Below are positions 24,141-36,693 of a stretch of 64,000 nucleotides of DNA, piece by piece; the stretch's first letter is position 1; every line of letters begins with the position of its first letter. This DNA comes from Octopus sinensis (lineage: Eukaryota): positions 17,546,001-17,610,000 of the forward strand of contig NC_043007.1 in NCBI RefSeq assembly GCF_006345805.1. The letters run 5' to 3'. The position numbers were made by a program, and so were the translations under genes. A model generated the notes under the pieces. That model was not told where the DNA came from. It searched no databases and worked only from the letters and a program-made list of their open reading frames with translations.

Positions 24141-25199
24141 TACTGTCTCCTTGTCTTAACTTCATGTGATAGTTTTAAATGAATGTCATCATCATACAAG
24201 TGGTATCCATTTCCAATTTTCTGCAGAAACATGTCCGGTCATCAATATGGGAGAAGGTTGACAACAGGAAGGGCATCAGGCTGTAGAAAACCCACCTCAA
24301 TAAATTCTGTCCAACCCATGAAAGCATCAAAAAGTGGACGTTAAAATGATAATGATGGTACTGAATAGACACTTATACTGACTTATAATCCCCTCTACAC
24401 AGAATTACTTTAGGAAACAATATTTACTTACTTGGCCTCTGTACACTTTGTTGTTTGTCAAACAGCCAAGAAGATGTGTTGGTTAGAAGACAGAGTTTGG
24501 TGAGAGATAGAAAGAGTTGTGTATCTGCAATTACCAACATTTACATACAGTTTAAGCATACTTCCTTTCATAGACACATACATAGTTGTTTTATGCAGTT
24601 AGTCTTGTAAAAAGCCATTAAGGTAAAGATGTGGAGGTAACTACTCTATCAATAGAGAGGTGAGGGTTATGAGAGAGAAGAGAAACGTATGTACAGCAAA
24701 AAGAGAGTGTGATAGACAGAAAGAGAGACAGAGAGAAATTTCTTAAAAGAAATACAGATAAGATACAAGTGGAGAGAGTGAAGAGATAAACAGTAATAGC
24801 AAAACAGGTCAAGCAATTATATTTAAGACGAGCAAAACGCCCCCCCCCCCGTCCAATGGACGGTGCTGAGTTGTCAAACATTTAAACCAAATTTTCTCAA
24901 AACAACTTGTCCGACCGTCCCATAGGCCTCCCCTTTGAGAAACAGTGATTTAACCTAAATTTGAGACACCAGCGAAAGAAGAAATAAAGATAGACATTTT
25001 TTCTGTTCCAAAGAAAAACGATTTTATTCACACAAATATGCAACTGAAGAGTTTAAAGTACCAGTAATGATAAGGGAGAACACAAACATGGTTTAAACAG
25101 TAAGCTTGGCAGGAAAGAAACGTGCCTTTAAGCAGTACAAAAACAACAAAAAATGGAAGGTGCAGTTATGTACAGGTTGACAGAAGAAAAGCAGGACAA

Positions 25200-25377
25200 A
25201 AATGGCTTTATCGATCACATTCTCACCTGGAATCGATTTTTGTCATTTTTTCAAGACTTATACATGCCCTGATACCATCGGCATCTACATATCAAATTTG
25301 AGCGCAATCGGATGGAGGATGCCTGAGATCCTAGAAGACACAAACACAGACAGACAGAATGGATTTTATATAATAGA
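25200..25377 (-). mobile_element. Probable Helitron-like 5' fragment
   Basis: Minus strand starts A|TCTATTATATAAAATCC..ctgtctgtctgtg..ccgattgcgctcaaatttgatatg; no CTAG 3' end found. Confidence 0.45.
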
Positions 25378-26032
25378 TAAATATTCCAAATTTCTTTGTC
25401 TAACTCTTTAGGATTCAGATTTCTTTGTCAATTGTGATGCTTATTTATTCACATTGTTTTGAATTAATCACTCATTATTTTGTAGCTTCAAAATTTCAAT
25501 GGTGTGTTTGTGTATTTTTAGAAAGACATTGTAAGGTAGGTGTGAGAGGTTGGAGTTTGGTTAGTTTTAACACAAAACAGGTATAATATTTGGGCCAAAT
25601 ATAGCTAGATTAAATGCTAAAGGGCTAATGCAGATAAAATCCATTATCCTTGTTTCTTTAATTCACATAGACAAAATCATAGCACCAACTATCTGTTGAG
25701 TTGTTGAGCACTCTCGGCATTTAAATATTTTGCTTAGATGAACCAAAATTGTACTACCTAAGTCCATATAGATCTGTCTACAATATGATAATCCTTTCCA
25801 CTATAGACACAAGGCCTGATGTTGTTTGGGGAGGGCACAGTTAATTACAACAACCATAATTATCAACTGTTTCTTATTTTATCAAACTTGAAAGGATAAA
25901 AAGTAAAATCAAGCTTGGCAGCATTTGAACCCACATACAATAAAAGATGCAGACATGATTGTGTGTTAAGCATTTCACTTTGGAACTATGTGGATTTGGG
26001 GTTTGGTCCTATTATGTGGTATCTTAGGCATA

Positions 26033-26250
26033 AGGCGGCAAGCACACCGGGCAAAATGCTCAGCAGTATTTCATCTGCCACTACGTTCTGAGTTCAAATT
26101 CTGCCGAGGTCGACTTTGCCTTTCATCCTTTCGGGGGTCGATAAATTAACTACCAGTTACGCACTGGGGTCGATATAATCGACTTAATCCATTTGTCTGT
26201 TCTTGTTTGTCCCCTCTGTGTTTAGCCCCTTGTGGGTAGTAAAGAAATGG
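26033..26250 (+). mobile_element. SINE family A nested in a degraded family C copy
   Basis: Family A body; cttaggca on both flanks, with the CORE block gcaagtgtctt resuming afterwards. Confidence 0.75.
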
Positions 26251-26872
26251 GTTTCTTAGGCAAGTGTCTTCTAAATAGCCTCAAACTGGCCAAAGCTGTG
26301 CAAGTGAAACTGGTTATTTGCTGATTATTTTTCTGGGGTTGGGTCGAATGATGTAGACACCTCTGAGGAGAACTCAATAAGGTCCTAAAATCAATTAAAG
26401 CAGTTCATCATTGATTCAATCTACAGAGGAAGAGTTAAATTTGCCATATTTGTATTTCTACTATGAAGGTTTACACACGCACACACCCGTGTGTGTGTGT
26501 GTGTGTGAGTGTGTGTGTGTATGTGAGTGTGTGAGTGTGTGTGTGTGTGTGTGTGTTACATTGACACTGCTCAAAACTCAGTGGTCTTTGTTTAAATCCC
26601 ATAATGCATTGGCTTGACAAAGAGAATCAATAAAATAAGTAACAGACCTTAAATAGTTGAGTTGATTTGATTGACTGTAAGCCTTCAAAGTAGTGTTCTA
26701 ATTTGGCAGCAATCCAATAGGAAAAAACAAACTTTCTGTATGTGTGTGTGTATGTAAAATTAGTTTAAACATATTTGACATACATAGTGCATTCCAGAAG
26801 TTTTGAGACTTTTAAAGAGAGGCATAACTATTGTGGATTATTGTAATTTTAGTATTTCATTGCAATATTTTG

Positions 26873-27188
26873 TTTTTAGCATCAGCTGTTTTCTCACCAA
26901 CATCTGTTAAATTCAAAGTGCATTCCAGAAGTTTTGAGACGTTTGCAGGAGAGAGTTTTATTAATTTCAAAGAAGTATAAAACTCTAATCTCTTTCAACA
27001 TAGGACCCTCTGATTTTGATGCACTTGTTGGTGTCCTGGACAGTTGTCATCAGGCTTCTTCATCTTCTCCTTCAGCTTGCAAACAATAAACTCACAGGGA
27101 GTAAGGTGTGAACTATGGAGAGGGTGAGGGACAGTTTTGATGCCTATCACTGTCAAGTACCGTAAATCCTCGAGTATAATCCGCATTT
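26873..27188 (-). pseudogene. Inverted copy of the mariner 3' end including a MITE TIR stub
   Basis: Reverse complement of 28423-28775; translates YLTVIGIKTVPHPLHSSHLTPCEFIVCKLK (decayed YSPDLAPCDF motif). Confidence 0.8.
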
Positions 27189-27434
27189 GTCCAGTCACTT
27201 TGTGAAGCCCCCATGAAGTTTAGTATTTCAATTACAAGCTAACTGGCCAAATTTTGTCATTCCAGATTAAAGGAGATGTCTGTAACAGCACTTTCATTAC
27301 ATCCTACTAAATTCTGCTCATCACAGCTGACTTGTTTGTAAAATGCAGTCAGGATGTGAAAACAATTTGGAAGCTCACTATGCAGTAAAGTTTTGTGTTA
27401 AACTAGGTAAATATGCTACAAAAATTTATGAAAT

Positions 27435-27588
27435 GGAGGCGCAATGGCCCAGTGGTTAAGACAGCGGACTCGTGGTCAGAGGATTGCGGTTTTGATTCCC
27501 AGACCAGTCGTTGTGTGTGTTTATTGAGCGAAAACACCTAAAGCTCCACGGGGCTCCAGCAGGGAGTGGTGGCAACTCCTGTTGTACT
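27435..27588 (+). mobile_element. SINE family B head inserted in the mariner
   Basis: ggaggcgcaatggcccagtggttaagacagcggactcg... Confidence 0.85.
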
Positions 27589-27939
27589 AAGAAAATGGCG
27601 ATGCATCAGCATGGCTGCAGCTCTGAGCTGAAACTAGAGAAAAAGAAAATGCTCCAGAATGATTATGAATTAACTTGTATGAGCTGGGCATCTGTTTTTT
27701 TGCTGGCACAAGGGGCCAGACAAAGTAAGCCCAGTAGAAAGCTTATGAGGATTCCCTTCCTCAACAGCAAGGGTACCATCTACATCAACTGGGTTCCCTC
27801 TGGCCAGACAGTCAACATAGAGTACTTTGTGTGGGGTTTGAGGGAGTTCAGAAGACATTTCATCACAAAAGGCCAGAGCTCTTTCACTCAGGTTGATGGC
27901 ATGTGCACCAGTTCACAATTCCATCCTGGTACCCAACTA

Positions 27940-28451
27940 CCATAAATCCTCGAGTATAGTCCGCCTTTGAGAATAATACGCAGGGAAGTTTTAGGGGGCT
28001 GTACCTCTGAAAAACCTAAACCTTGTGTATAATATGCACCCTTTCTCTAACTTGAGTCAAGGAGGTCTATATAACGTTCTTAGTTTGTAAAACTGTATAC
28101 GGTAACGTCCTTGATTATTATTGTATATATAACATAATGCAAACGTGTAGCTTTTATCTGCATTTTGTTTGCAGAAAATAAAGAAATAACAGTAATAACG
28201 TTTAATAAATGTTGCTTACTGCATGTTATGGATGATTCTTTTATGACTTCATTGCTTTCAGGCTTAGCTTAAGGTATTTTCGCGCCCGACATCACAAAAT
28301 GCGTCTGAATAAACATAGCCAGACAGCAAATAGAGACTCGGACATTGCTCAGAAAATAATTTTCATTTTTAACCTTGTATATAGTACGCACTAGGGATTT
28401 TGACCTTTAAATTTTGGGGGGAAAATGCGGATTATACTCAAGGATTTACAG
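27940..28451. mobile_element. Tc2/pogo-like MITE in a TA inside the mariner ORF
   Basis: TA|CCATAAATCCTCGAGTATAGTCCG ... GCGGATTATACTCAAGGATTTACAG|TA. Confidence 0.85.
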
Positions 28452-28889
28452 TACTTGACAGTGACAGGCACCAAAACTGTCCCTCACACTCTCTATAGTC
28501 CATACCTTACTCCCTGTGAGTTTATTGTTCCCCAAGCTGAAGAAGCCTGATGACAACTGTCCTGAACAACATTTTGGAGGACTTGATGGGGGCCTTCACA
28601 AAGTGACTGGAGCACAACAAGTGCATCAAAGTCAGAGGGTCTTATTTTGAAAGATTAGAGTTTTGTACTTTTTTGAAATTAATAAATGTTTCTGCTGTAA
28701 AAATCTCAAGACTTCTGGAATGCACTTTGAATTTAACAGATGTTGGTGAGAAAACAGCTGATGCTAAATACAAAATACAAAAAACTATTCTTAAAATAAC
28801 GATTTCTTGTGAAAGTCCTGGGTTATAAAATATCTTTATTGATTTCTTCTCATATTAGCATATGGTTTACCAGGGGTGGAATGTGTAGG

Positions 28890-29001
28890 TGAGGGGAAGG
28901 GTGTGGGAGAGAGAGGGAGAGGGAGAAAGAAAAAGAGAGGGGGAGAGAGGGAGAGAGAGAAAGAAAGAGAGGGGAGAGAGGGAGAGAGAGAGGGAGAGAG
29001 A

Positions 29002-29037
<36 letters not shown>
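28890..29037. repeat. (GA)n-rich purine tract
   Basis: Directly visible. Confidence 0.95.
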
Positions 29038-29038
<1 letters not shown>

Positions 29039-29888
29039 AAGTTTAATAGTCCCCTTCAGGAACAGAAACCAGATTTTGAACTCTAGTTTGAACCTCATTC
29101 TCAGTAAAAAAAAGGGTTTGCCATACTCTTTACCTTAATTGAAATTTTGGGTATTTTATGATCTTTACCAGGAAAACAAAAGAAAGACATTTCATTAGAA
29201 AGGATTTCTGTTCTTATTTTATTTCTAGCAAAGACATTAACTGTTTGTTCATAAATTCCAAAGCTGTTAGCTAACCTGATGCACCAGATTCAGCTGACCT
29301 GCCATTTTGTCTAAGAGACACAAATTCACAATCGGTAAATCTCATTCTTTTATGAGTAGCTTCTTTTTTGTTTGTTTATTTTTGTTTTTGTTTTTGTTTT
29401 GTTTCTTGTCTTATGTGGGAGTGGTGGTGAAGGGGGTGGTATAATAAGTCAGGTTTACTCCAGCAAAAGATAAAAGTACATTTTTATCTCAGTGACTTCT
29501 ATCTAATTTATAGCGATCAGCATTGATGTTAGGGAGGAGAAGAAAGGAATCCTCTCCCCCACATCACCGTTCTCTTATATGCTTCAATCCCCAAAACTCT
29601 CAGACTTAATTAGAGACATAAAAGCATTGCACATATACACATTTACCAAATATGTTATTCGTTAAACATGTATAATTACACACACTTAAAAAAATGCATG
29701 CATATAAGAATCACACACACACATACATATATATACATATACATACATATACATGTGTATGTGTTTATAATATAAAACGTGTACACATGTTCAAACACTT
29801 GATAATTATATTTAATGCTTGTTGAGAAATATATACACAGATTTATACCCAGGACACACACAAATATAAATGCCACAGGAAAACAAAA

Positions 29889-30288
29889 TACTCTTTTACT
29901 CTTTTACTTGTTTCAGTCATTTGACTGTGGCCATGCTGGAGCACCACCTTTTTAGTCGAGCAAATCGACCCCAGAACTTATTCTTTGTAAGCCTTGTACT
30001 TATTCTATCGGTCTCTTTTGCCGAACCGCTAAGTTACGGGGATGTAAACACACCAGCATCAGTTGTCAAGCGATGTTGGGAGGACAAACACAGACACACA
30101 AACACATACATATATATACATATATACGATGGGCTTCTTTCAGTTTCCGTCTACCAAATCCACTCACAAGGCTTTGGTCGGCCCGAGACTATAGTAGAAG
30201 ACACTCGCCCAAGGTGCCACGCAGTGGGACTGAACCCTGAACCATGTGGTCAGTAAGCAAGCTACTTACCACAGAGCCCTCCTACGCC
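29889..30288 (-). mobile_element. SINE family C, full length
   Basis: Reverse complement colinear with 11196-11647. Confidence 0.85.
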
Positions 30289-30919
30289 TGTGTACAATGC
30301 TAACTTAAAACATGCACAAAACAATTATACAAAAAGAACCATAATATGAAAAGTTAATCAAGGGGTAGGTAAATTTATTAGATGTTTGGTTCATGTAGTC
30401 AAGGACTGACTGAGATTGCAGTATATTTATAATATGGGTGGTGGGTAGGGAGCTCTGCATTACATTATTCCCTGTTGGTATTACTTATCAGTACAAATGC
30501 ACCAAAGCTACCCCCCCACCTTATACAGCTTCTGTTATTCCTCTTCCATCTTTAGGGACAAAGCATCACTGCACCATATAAAGACAACAGATATTACTGC
30601 AAAATAAGAAATTTGAATAAATAGACTAATTAATTTAATGGCCAGAGACTGGAATGTAGCATGCATGGTAGAATCAACGAACAATTTGTCTCTAATTAAA
30701 TTGCCAGAATACCATGTTTAGAAGCACGTTTGTCTTCACTAAGTATTTTTGTGGCTTCTGTACCAGTCCTCTTTCCATGATTGTACAGGTTGACTGGATC
30801 CTTAAATTTAAACATACTCAGTACATAAATATATAAATATTTCCTACAGTTCAGTTTATTTCCAGCCTGAGATATCTCCATTTACTTTCAATATTTCAGC
30901 ATTGACAAGTGCATGTGTA

Positions 30920-31137
30920 TACTCTTTCTTTTTTACTCTTTTACTTGTTTCAGTCATTTGACTGCAGCCATGCTGGAGCACCACCTTTAATCGAGCAACT
31001 CGACCCCCGGGACTTATTCTTTGTAAGCCCAGTGCTTATTCTATCGGTCTCTTTTGCCGAACCGCTAAGTGACGGGGACGTAAACACACCAGCATCGGTT
31101 GTCAAGCAATGCTAGGGGGACAAACACAGACACACAA

Positions 31138-31206
<69 letters not shown>

Positions 31207-31367
31207 CATATATACGACAGGCTTCTTTCAGTTTCCGTCTACCAAATCCACTCGCAAGGCATTGGTCGGCCCGAGGCTATAGTAGAAGACACTTGCCCAA
31301 GGTGCCACGCAGTGGGACTGAACCCGGAACCATGTGGTTGGTTAGCAAGCTACTTACCACAGAGCCA
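30920..31367 (-). mobile_element. SINE family C, near full length
   Basis: Reverse complement colinear with 11196-11647; expanded (CA)n. Confidence 0.85.
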
Positions 31368-31759
31368 AATTTTTTTCCAAAAGACATCAGGATTGAAGTG
31401 GGTGGGGGGATCTTCAAATTTTATTGTTACATCATAATCACCTATGACAATATATACATACATACATGCACACACACACACACACACATAGTACATGTGT
31501 GCTAGTGCACACACGAGTCTTTCCTCCTACCATTATTTTTTTTTTTACTCTCTCCTTTCAATTGACCCTCTTTTTATCTTCCCTTCATTGTATCATCCCT
31601 TTCTTTCTGTTCCCTCCTTCCTTCATGCCTCCTTTCAATTTTTTGCTCTGCCTCATCTAGCACAATTATACCTTTCACACTCCCTTCTTAGAAGTTACTT
31701 CATTCTTCAATTTCCCTTTCTCCTACTATTGCCCCTTAGAGAGGAAGAAAATATGTATG

Positions 31760-32193
31760 GGATCTTTTCGGTTTGAACGGCAGTTTTTAACATAATTTCT
31801 CGGTAACTAAAAAATTTTTAACTTCGTATACTGGTAGAATGTGTTTATAAAACATCTTTTTCTCTTGGCTTTATTGAGAAAATTCTATAGTTTATAAGAT
31901 ATTTGTTGTTTTTTTTTCTTCAATTTCTGTAATTTCAACCAATCATTGACATCTATTGAGGTTAAAAACATTCTGTGCCGTATGAATATGTCCCTCGTTT
32001 AAGAAACAGATTGGGTTTATTTACATTTGTGAAGAAAAAAAGATATCCTTCCCCCCACCCCTAACCCTAACCCTAACCCTAACTAACCCTAAAACAGATT
32101 GAAATGCAATAGATCGATACTAGGGTCATAATTATGGGTGACAATTTCATATGACACTGCTAGAAAAAACTGCCGTTCAAACCGAAAAGATCC
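31760..32193. mobile_element. Merlin-like MITE (GG-starting TIR, 8-bp TSD) with (CCCTAA)n
   Basis: tatgtatg|GGATCTTTTCGGTTTGAACGGCAGTTTTT ... AAAAACTGCCGTTCAAACCGAAAAGATCC|tatgtatg. Confidence 0.8.
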
Positions 32194-32787
32194 TATGTAT
32201 GTTCCATACTTTTTATAATTTATTTGTCCCTTTGGCTGCTTGCTCAATTTTTCATGCACATGTATTGAACACTTCATTCAATTGCATGATTTCTTTGCTA
32301 CATGTTTGTTCATAAATGTTTGTGATGTTTCACAGATCAGTTAACTTTTGCTGCACTATTCAATGTTCATACACTCATGCCTGCATATCTACACTCGGTT
32401 ACATACATGTCCCTCAATATTCTGCCTTAACTGCTTTGTTTTATCAGATTTGTGCCTGCTCATCTTCTTTGCAGGAATTAACCCACATCAGATGTCTCAT
32501 CATGCTATCTGTGCCCTTGTTTCTACCCACAACTTACCTCTGTAAGATCCCAGGTCGGTCATAATATACACAGAGAAAGTTTGTCTATCTATTTCAGTGT
32601 GCTAGCATGTCACACTTTGTCCTCTTGTTTACCCACAGCTAATGTACATGACCACAATGCCAGATACACTAGGCCTCTTTTAAGGCACTTTACACAGCAT
32701 GCACACTTCTGTCAGAAATTTTTCAGTTATATATATATAACAATTCACATATCTCAATTCATTTCCTCATAACTTTTTGAAAAATGG

Positions 32788-33066
32788 ATCATCATCATTT
32801 TACGTCCACTTTCCATGCTAGCATGGGTTGAACAATTTTGACTGAGGGCTGGTGAACCAGATGGCTGCACCAGGATCCAATCTTGATCTGGCAGAGTTTC
32901 TACAGCTGGATGCCCTTCCTAACACCAACCACTCCGAGAGTGTAGTGGGTGCTTTTTACGTGCCACTGGCACAGGGGCCAGTCAGGCAGTACTGGCAATG
33001 ACCTCACTCGAATCTTTTTTTACATGCCACCAGCACAGGTGCCAGTAAGGCGACGCTGGTAACAAT
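32788..33066 (-). mobile_element. RTE-LINE 3' UTR copy (CpG-decayed)
   Basis: Colinear with 40224-40451 but with several CpG to TpG/CpA changes. Confidence 0.85.
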
Positions 33067-33574
33067 GCCCTGTGAGTAGATTTGGTTGGCAGAAACTGAA
33101 AGAAACCTGTCATTATATGTATATATATATATATATATATGTGTGTGTTTTTGTTCTGTGTTTGTCCCCACCACTGCTTGACAACCGGTGCTGGTGTGTT
33201 CCTGACCCTGTAACTTAGTGGTTCAGCAAAAGGAACCTATAGAATAATTACCAGGCTTAAAAATATATAAGTACTGGGGTCAATTCTTTTGACTGAAAAT
33301 TCAAGTCAGTGCCCCAGCATGGCCACAGCCTAATGACTGAAACAGCAAAAGAGTAAATACATTTCAGGTGTTGTAGATTATGATTTTGTTGGAATTTGAT
33401 GGGAAAAAGAAAGAAAAAAGAAGATGGGGATGGCATTGGACAATTCAAACACCCCACTTTTGTTTCCTCATATTCTTTGATGAGGTGAGTGAATTATTGC
33501 CACCACTTCTCTTCCCATCAAATTCCAACAGTTGGAAGCAATCTAATCTAAAACAGATTTATTCTATTTTTATC

Positions 33575-34066
33575 TACTTGTTTCAGTCACTTGACTGCGG
33601 CCATGCTGGAGCACTGCCTTTAGCTGAAGAAATCAACCCCAGGACTTATTCATTGTAAGCCTAGTTCTTATTCTATGAGTCTCTTTTGCCGAATCACTAA
33701 GTTTTGGGGACATAAACACACCAGCATCGGTCGTCAAGCGATGGGGGGGGGGCAAACACAGACACACACACATAAACATATACATATATGACGATCTTCT
33801 TTCAGTTTCCATCTACCAAATCCATTCGTATACTGGTAGAATATGTTTATAAAACATCTTTTTCTCTTGGCTTTATTGAGAAAATTCTATAGTTTGTAAC
33901 ATATTTCGTCTTTAATTTCTTGCATTTCGGCAATTTTAACCAATCAAATACGTCCATTGAGGTAAACACCATTCTGTGCCGTATGAATATGTCCCTCCTT
34001 AAGGTGCCAATCAGTGGGATTGAACCCTGTGGATGAGAAGCAAGCTTGTTACCATACAACCACGCA
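33575..34066 (-). mobile_element. SINE family C whose middle is replaced by an internal Merlin-MITE segment (about 33825-34003)
   Basis: SINE stops at aaatccattc, continues as gtatactggtagaat...gtccctc (internal part of the 31760-32193 family, no TIRs), resumes at aaggtgcca. Confidence 0.75.
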
Positions 34067-34536
34067 GAAAATATTTTAAAATATCCATTTTATAGAAAGT
34101 TATAAGGAAGCAGAGTCAAACGTGGGACACATCTGTAGATATGCCCTGATATTCAAGGTAGGCGTAATATTGTTGAATATGTTTGCAATCAGATCATATT
34201 TGGCATCCTGTACTAAATGACGGCAAAAAAAAAATGATAGCAAAACAGCATTTTAAAGGAAAAGGAGTTAAGGAAAATAAATATGTTACAAAACCGACAA
34301 AAAAAACCCTCAAATAACAACAATATGCATGTTTACAAGGTGCTGAAAAAAAGATCCCCCCAAATGAGCTGATGAAAGCGATATTGTGCTGCATTCAATT
34401 ATCTCATAGCTGTCACTATTTATTTTCAAATGCAAGTTGTATATTTTACTGTTTTATTAACAATCAACAAATTACTGTAATATGCACTGAACAATTAGAG
34501 ATTTCTGACAGTGAACTGTACAATGTACTATGAGGT

Positions 34537-34926
34537 GTGGAGGCGCAATGGCCCAGTGGTTAGGGCAGCGGACTCGCGGTCATAGGATCGCGGTTTCGAT
34601 TCCCAGACCGGGCGTTGTGAGTGTTTATTGAGCGAAAACACCTAAAGCTCCACGAGGCTCCGGCAGGGGGTGGTGGTGATCCCTGCTGTACTCTTTCACC
34701 ACAACTTTCTCTCACTCTTACTTCCTGTTTCTGTTGTACCTGTATTTCAAAGGGCCGGCCTTGTCACTCTCTGTGTCACGCTGAATATCCCCGAGAACTA
34801 CGTTAAGGGTACACGTGTCTGTGGAGTGCTCAGCCACTTACACGTTAATTTCACGAGCAGGCTGTTCCGTTGATTCGGATCAACCGGAACCCTCGTCGTC
34901 GTAACCGACGGAGTGCTTCTACCACC
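34537..34926 (+). mobile_element. SINE family B, full length, CpG-intact
   Basis: A box tggcccagtgg, B box ggtttcgattcc; 10-bp TSD actatgaggt (34527-34536, 34927-34936). Confidence 0.9.
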
Positions 34927-35605
34927 ACTATGAGGTAATATGAAACAACCAAAACACTACATAACGCTACATAAATGTCAACACTAACAGATGACTAAAA
35001 CATCAACTTTTTTTTTTTAACTGAGATGTGTTAACATATATTTATTATAATGTGTTAATAAATTTCCCTCAGCTGTTTTCTTCTCTTTGTTACATTGCTT
35101 TCGTCTTGATAACGAATGTATTTGGAAAGTTTACCTAATTTGGAATAAAAACTAAGCAAGTATGGATACGTGTATCGTACCTAAGGATATGTCACCTGTA
35201 GCGGGATGTAAATTAATGAGTCAGAAGTTCAGTAATTATAAACACAGGCAAACAACCAGAGAAAGAGAAATGAGTTCTCTTTGATATCAACATCTTATAT
35301 ATTCATCTTATATATTTGCGAAGTTAAACGTTAGCCTCCTCCTCAAACGCAGGGTTCGTTATCAGTTAATCAAAAGACTTTTGCCAGCAGTTTGAGATGT
35401 GTTTTAATGGGAATTCTTGCAATAAAGTAAAGTAAATAAATAAATAAAAGCTGTGTTTTTGTTTTATTCTTTTACGTTGTCTTTATTACGCTTTTTAATA
35501 GTTTTTATCGCCGATAAAACAAATATAATTAGATTGTATTGAATACTGTGTTCGTTAATAAAACCCTTGAAAGAGTTGAAGACTGCAAAACTGTATCAAA
35601 CTACC

Positions 35606-35778
35606 TACTATCGTAGCTAGTATGTGTGCCGCCCTGGGCGACCCCTCCTTTTGCTTTCCCCTGGCTCCACGAAAAAACACATATTGCCTACAGCAAGAGA
35701 CTACAACAGGATGAAAAGTGCCGCCCCTTCAAAAGTGCCGCCCGGTGCGGACCGCCCCTTCCCCCAGTTGCGCTAGTG
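35606..35778. mobile_element. hAT-like GC-rich MITE with 8-bp TSD
   Basis: aaactacc|TACTATCGTAGCTAG ... CCAGTTGCGCTAGTG|aaactacc; imperfect TIR; repeated tgccgccc motifs. Confidence 0.75.
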
Positions 35779-36454
35779 AAACTACCCTTTCATCACACTG
35801 ATAATCAAAAACGCACACGCGCACACACGTTCACACAATATTCGTTATTAATGCCGAAAGCAGTATTAGTTCAAAATGACATTCTGTATTAAATGATAAA
35901 GAGCAGATAGATATACTGCTGAAAACCTGGAAACTGCGGTATTCGTCTATTATACTTTTGAATTCATACTACTTCCGTCGCTAATATCGAAATTTATCCA
36001 ACCTGCCGGCTAACTGCGACACAATTGATTTGCTAATTACTGCTTTTCGACATCAGAAGAGATTAAATTTGTCTTAGGACGCAGTTGCTAGTGGATACTT
36101 GCTATTGATGATGCTCAAAGAAGCAGAAATACGTTTTTAGCAATAACACTATAATGGAAGGCAAGGTTTACGATATCGGGAGAATATCACCTTCTCCCAT
36201 TATATCTTGTTCTTCGTGTAGTTCTTCGTGCAGGCAAGTCTTTAAGTACAAATGCAGTTTGCAACCAGTTTATTTACAAGTTTCACAGAATAGGTGAAGT
36301 GTGTTGCTCTCAGCAACCATCTCGAGCTGTGTGCGTTGTGTTGTATCTCCGTTAGTGCGGGCACATTGCCTCTGAAGGTACAACATGCAGACAGGCCCAG
36401 CCAGTGAAGTGTGTTCAGCAAGCACTGCTGCATAGAAGCGGAGAGGGAGAGGGA

Positions 36455-36600
36455 GAGAGTGAATCTGTTTCTGTTTTGCCCTTATATACAGTTTGCCATC
36501 GCGAGACTCGTTGTGATCTCGCACATGGCAAATGGTTGCAAGTGAGGTCTCGCTCCAGTCTCGGAGATGGCAATGGCTGACGCGAGATCTCATCCAATAT
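36455..36600 (-). promoter_or_regulatory. Candidate Pol II core promoter (TATA, Inr, CCAAT, TCTCGC/GCGAGA half-sites)
   Basis: Minus-strand TATATAAG at 36488-36481, Inr-like TTCACT with A at 36460 (TATA at -28), CCAAT at 36594-36598, five TCTCG/CGAGA motifs in 36499-36590, CpG-rich unique sequence. Confidence 0.5.
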
Positions 36601-36693
36601 GCCGCTGACTGCTTGTGTCGCTACAACACCACCGCCACTGAACACTTTTCGTCCGCTGCTGATACATACATATTTATTTATTTATTACATTGA

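Larger units (their letters stand above)
27343..28775 (+). pseudogene. Decayed mariner (DD34D-type) transposase interrupted by a SINE and a MITE
   Basis: MQSGCENNLEAHYAVKFCVKLGKYATKIYEM (N-terminal HTH), ARQSKPSRKLMRIPFLNSKGTIYINWVPSGQTVNIEYF..LREFRR, KRPELFHSG*WHVHQ, KTVPHTLYSPYLTPCEF, KCIKVRGSYFER*; frameshifts and deletions. Confidence 0.85.

Noticed and set aside
14319-30800. Phase-compatible five-exon minus-strand model (30800-30713, 24524-24432, about 22.48 kb, about 17.1 kb, 14421-14319)
   Set aside because: Splice sites were chosen post hoc, several are weak, and the joined peptide resembles nothing I recognise; such compatibility arises easily by chance.
34539-34612. tRNA-like heads (A/B boxes) here and in other SINE copies as tRNA genes
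   Set aside because: They run directly into SINE bodies, have TSDs, and lack a proper acceptor stem.
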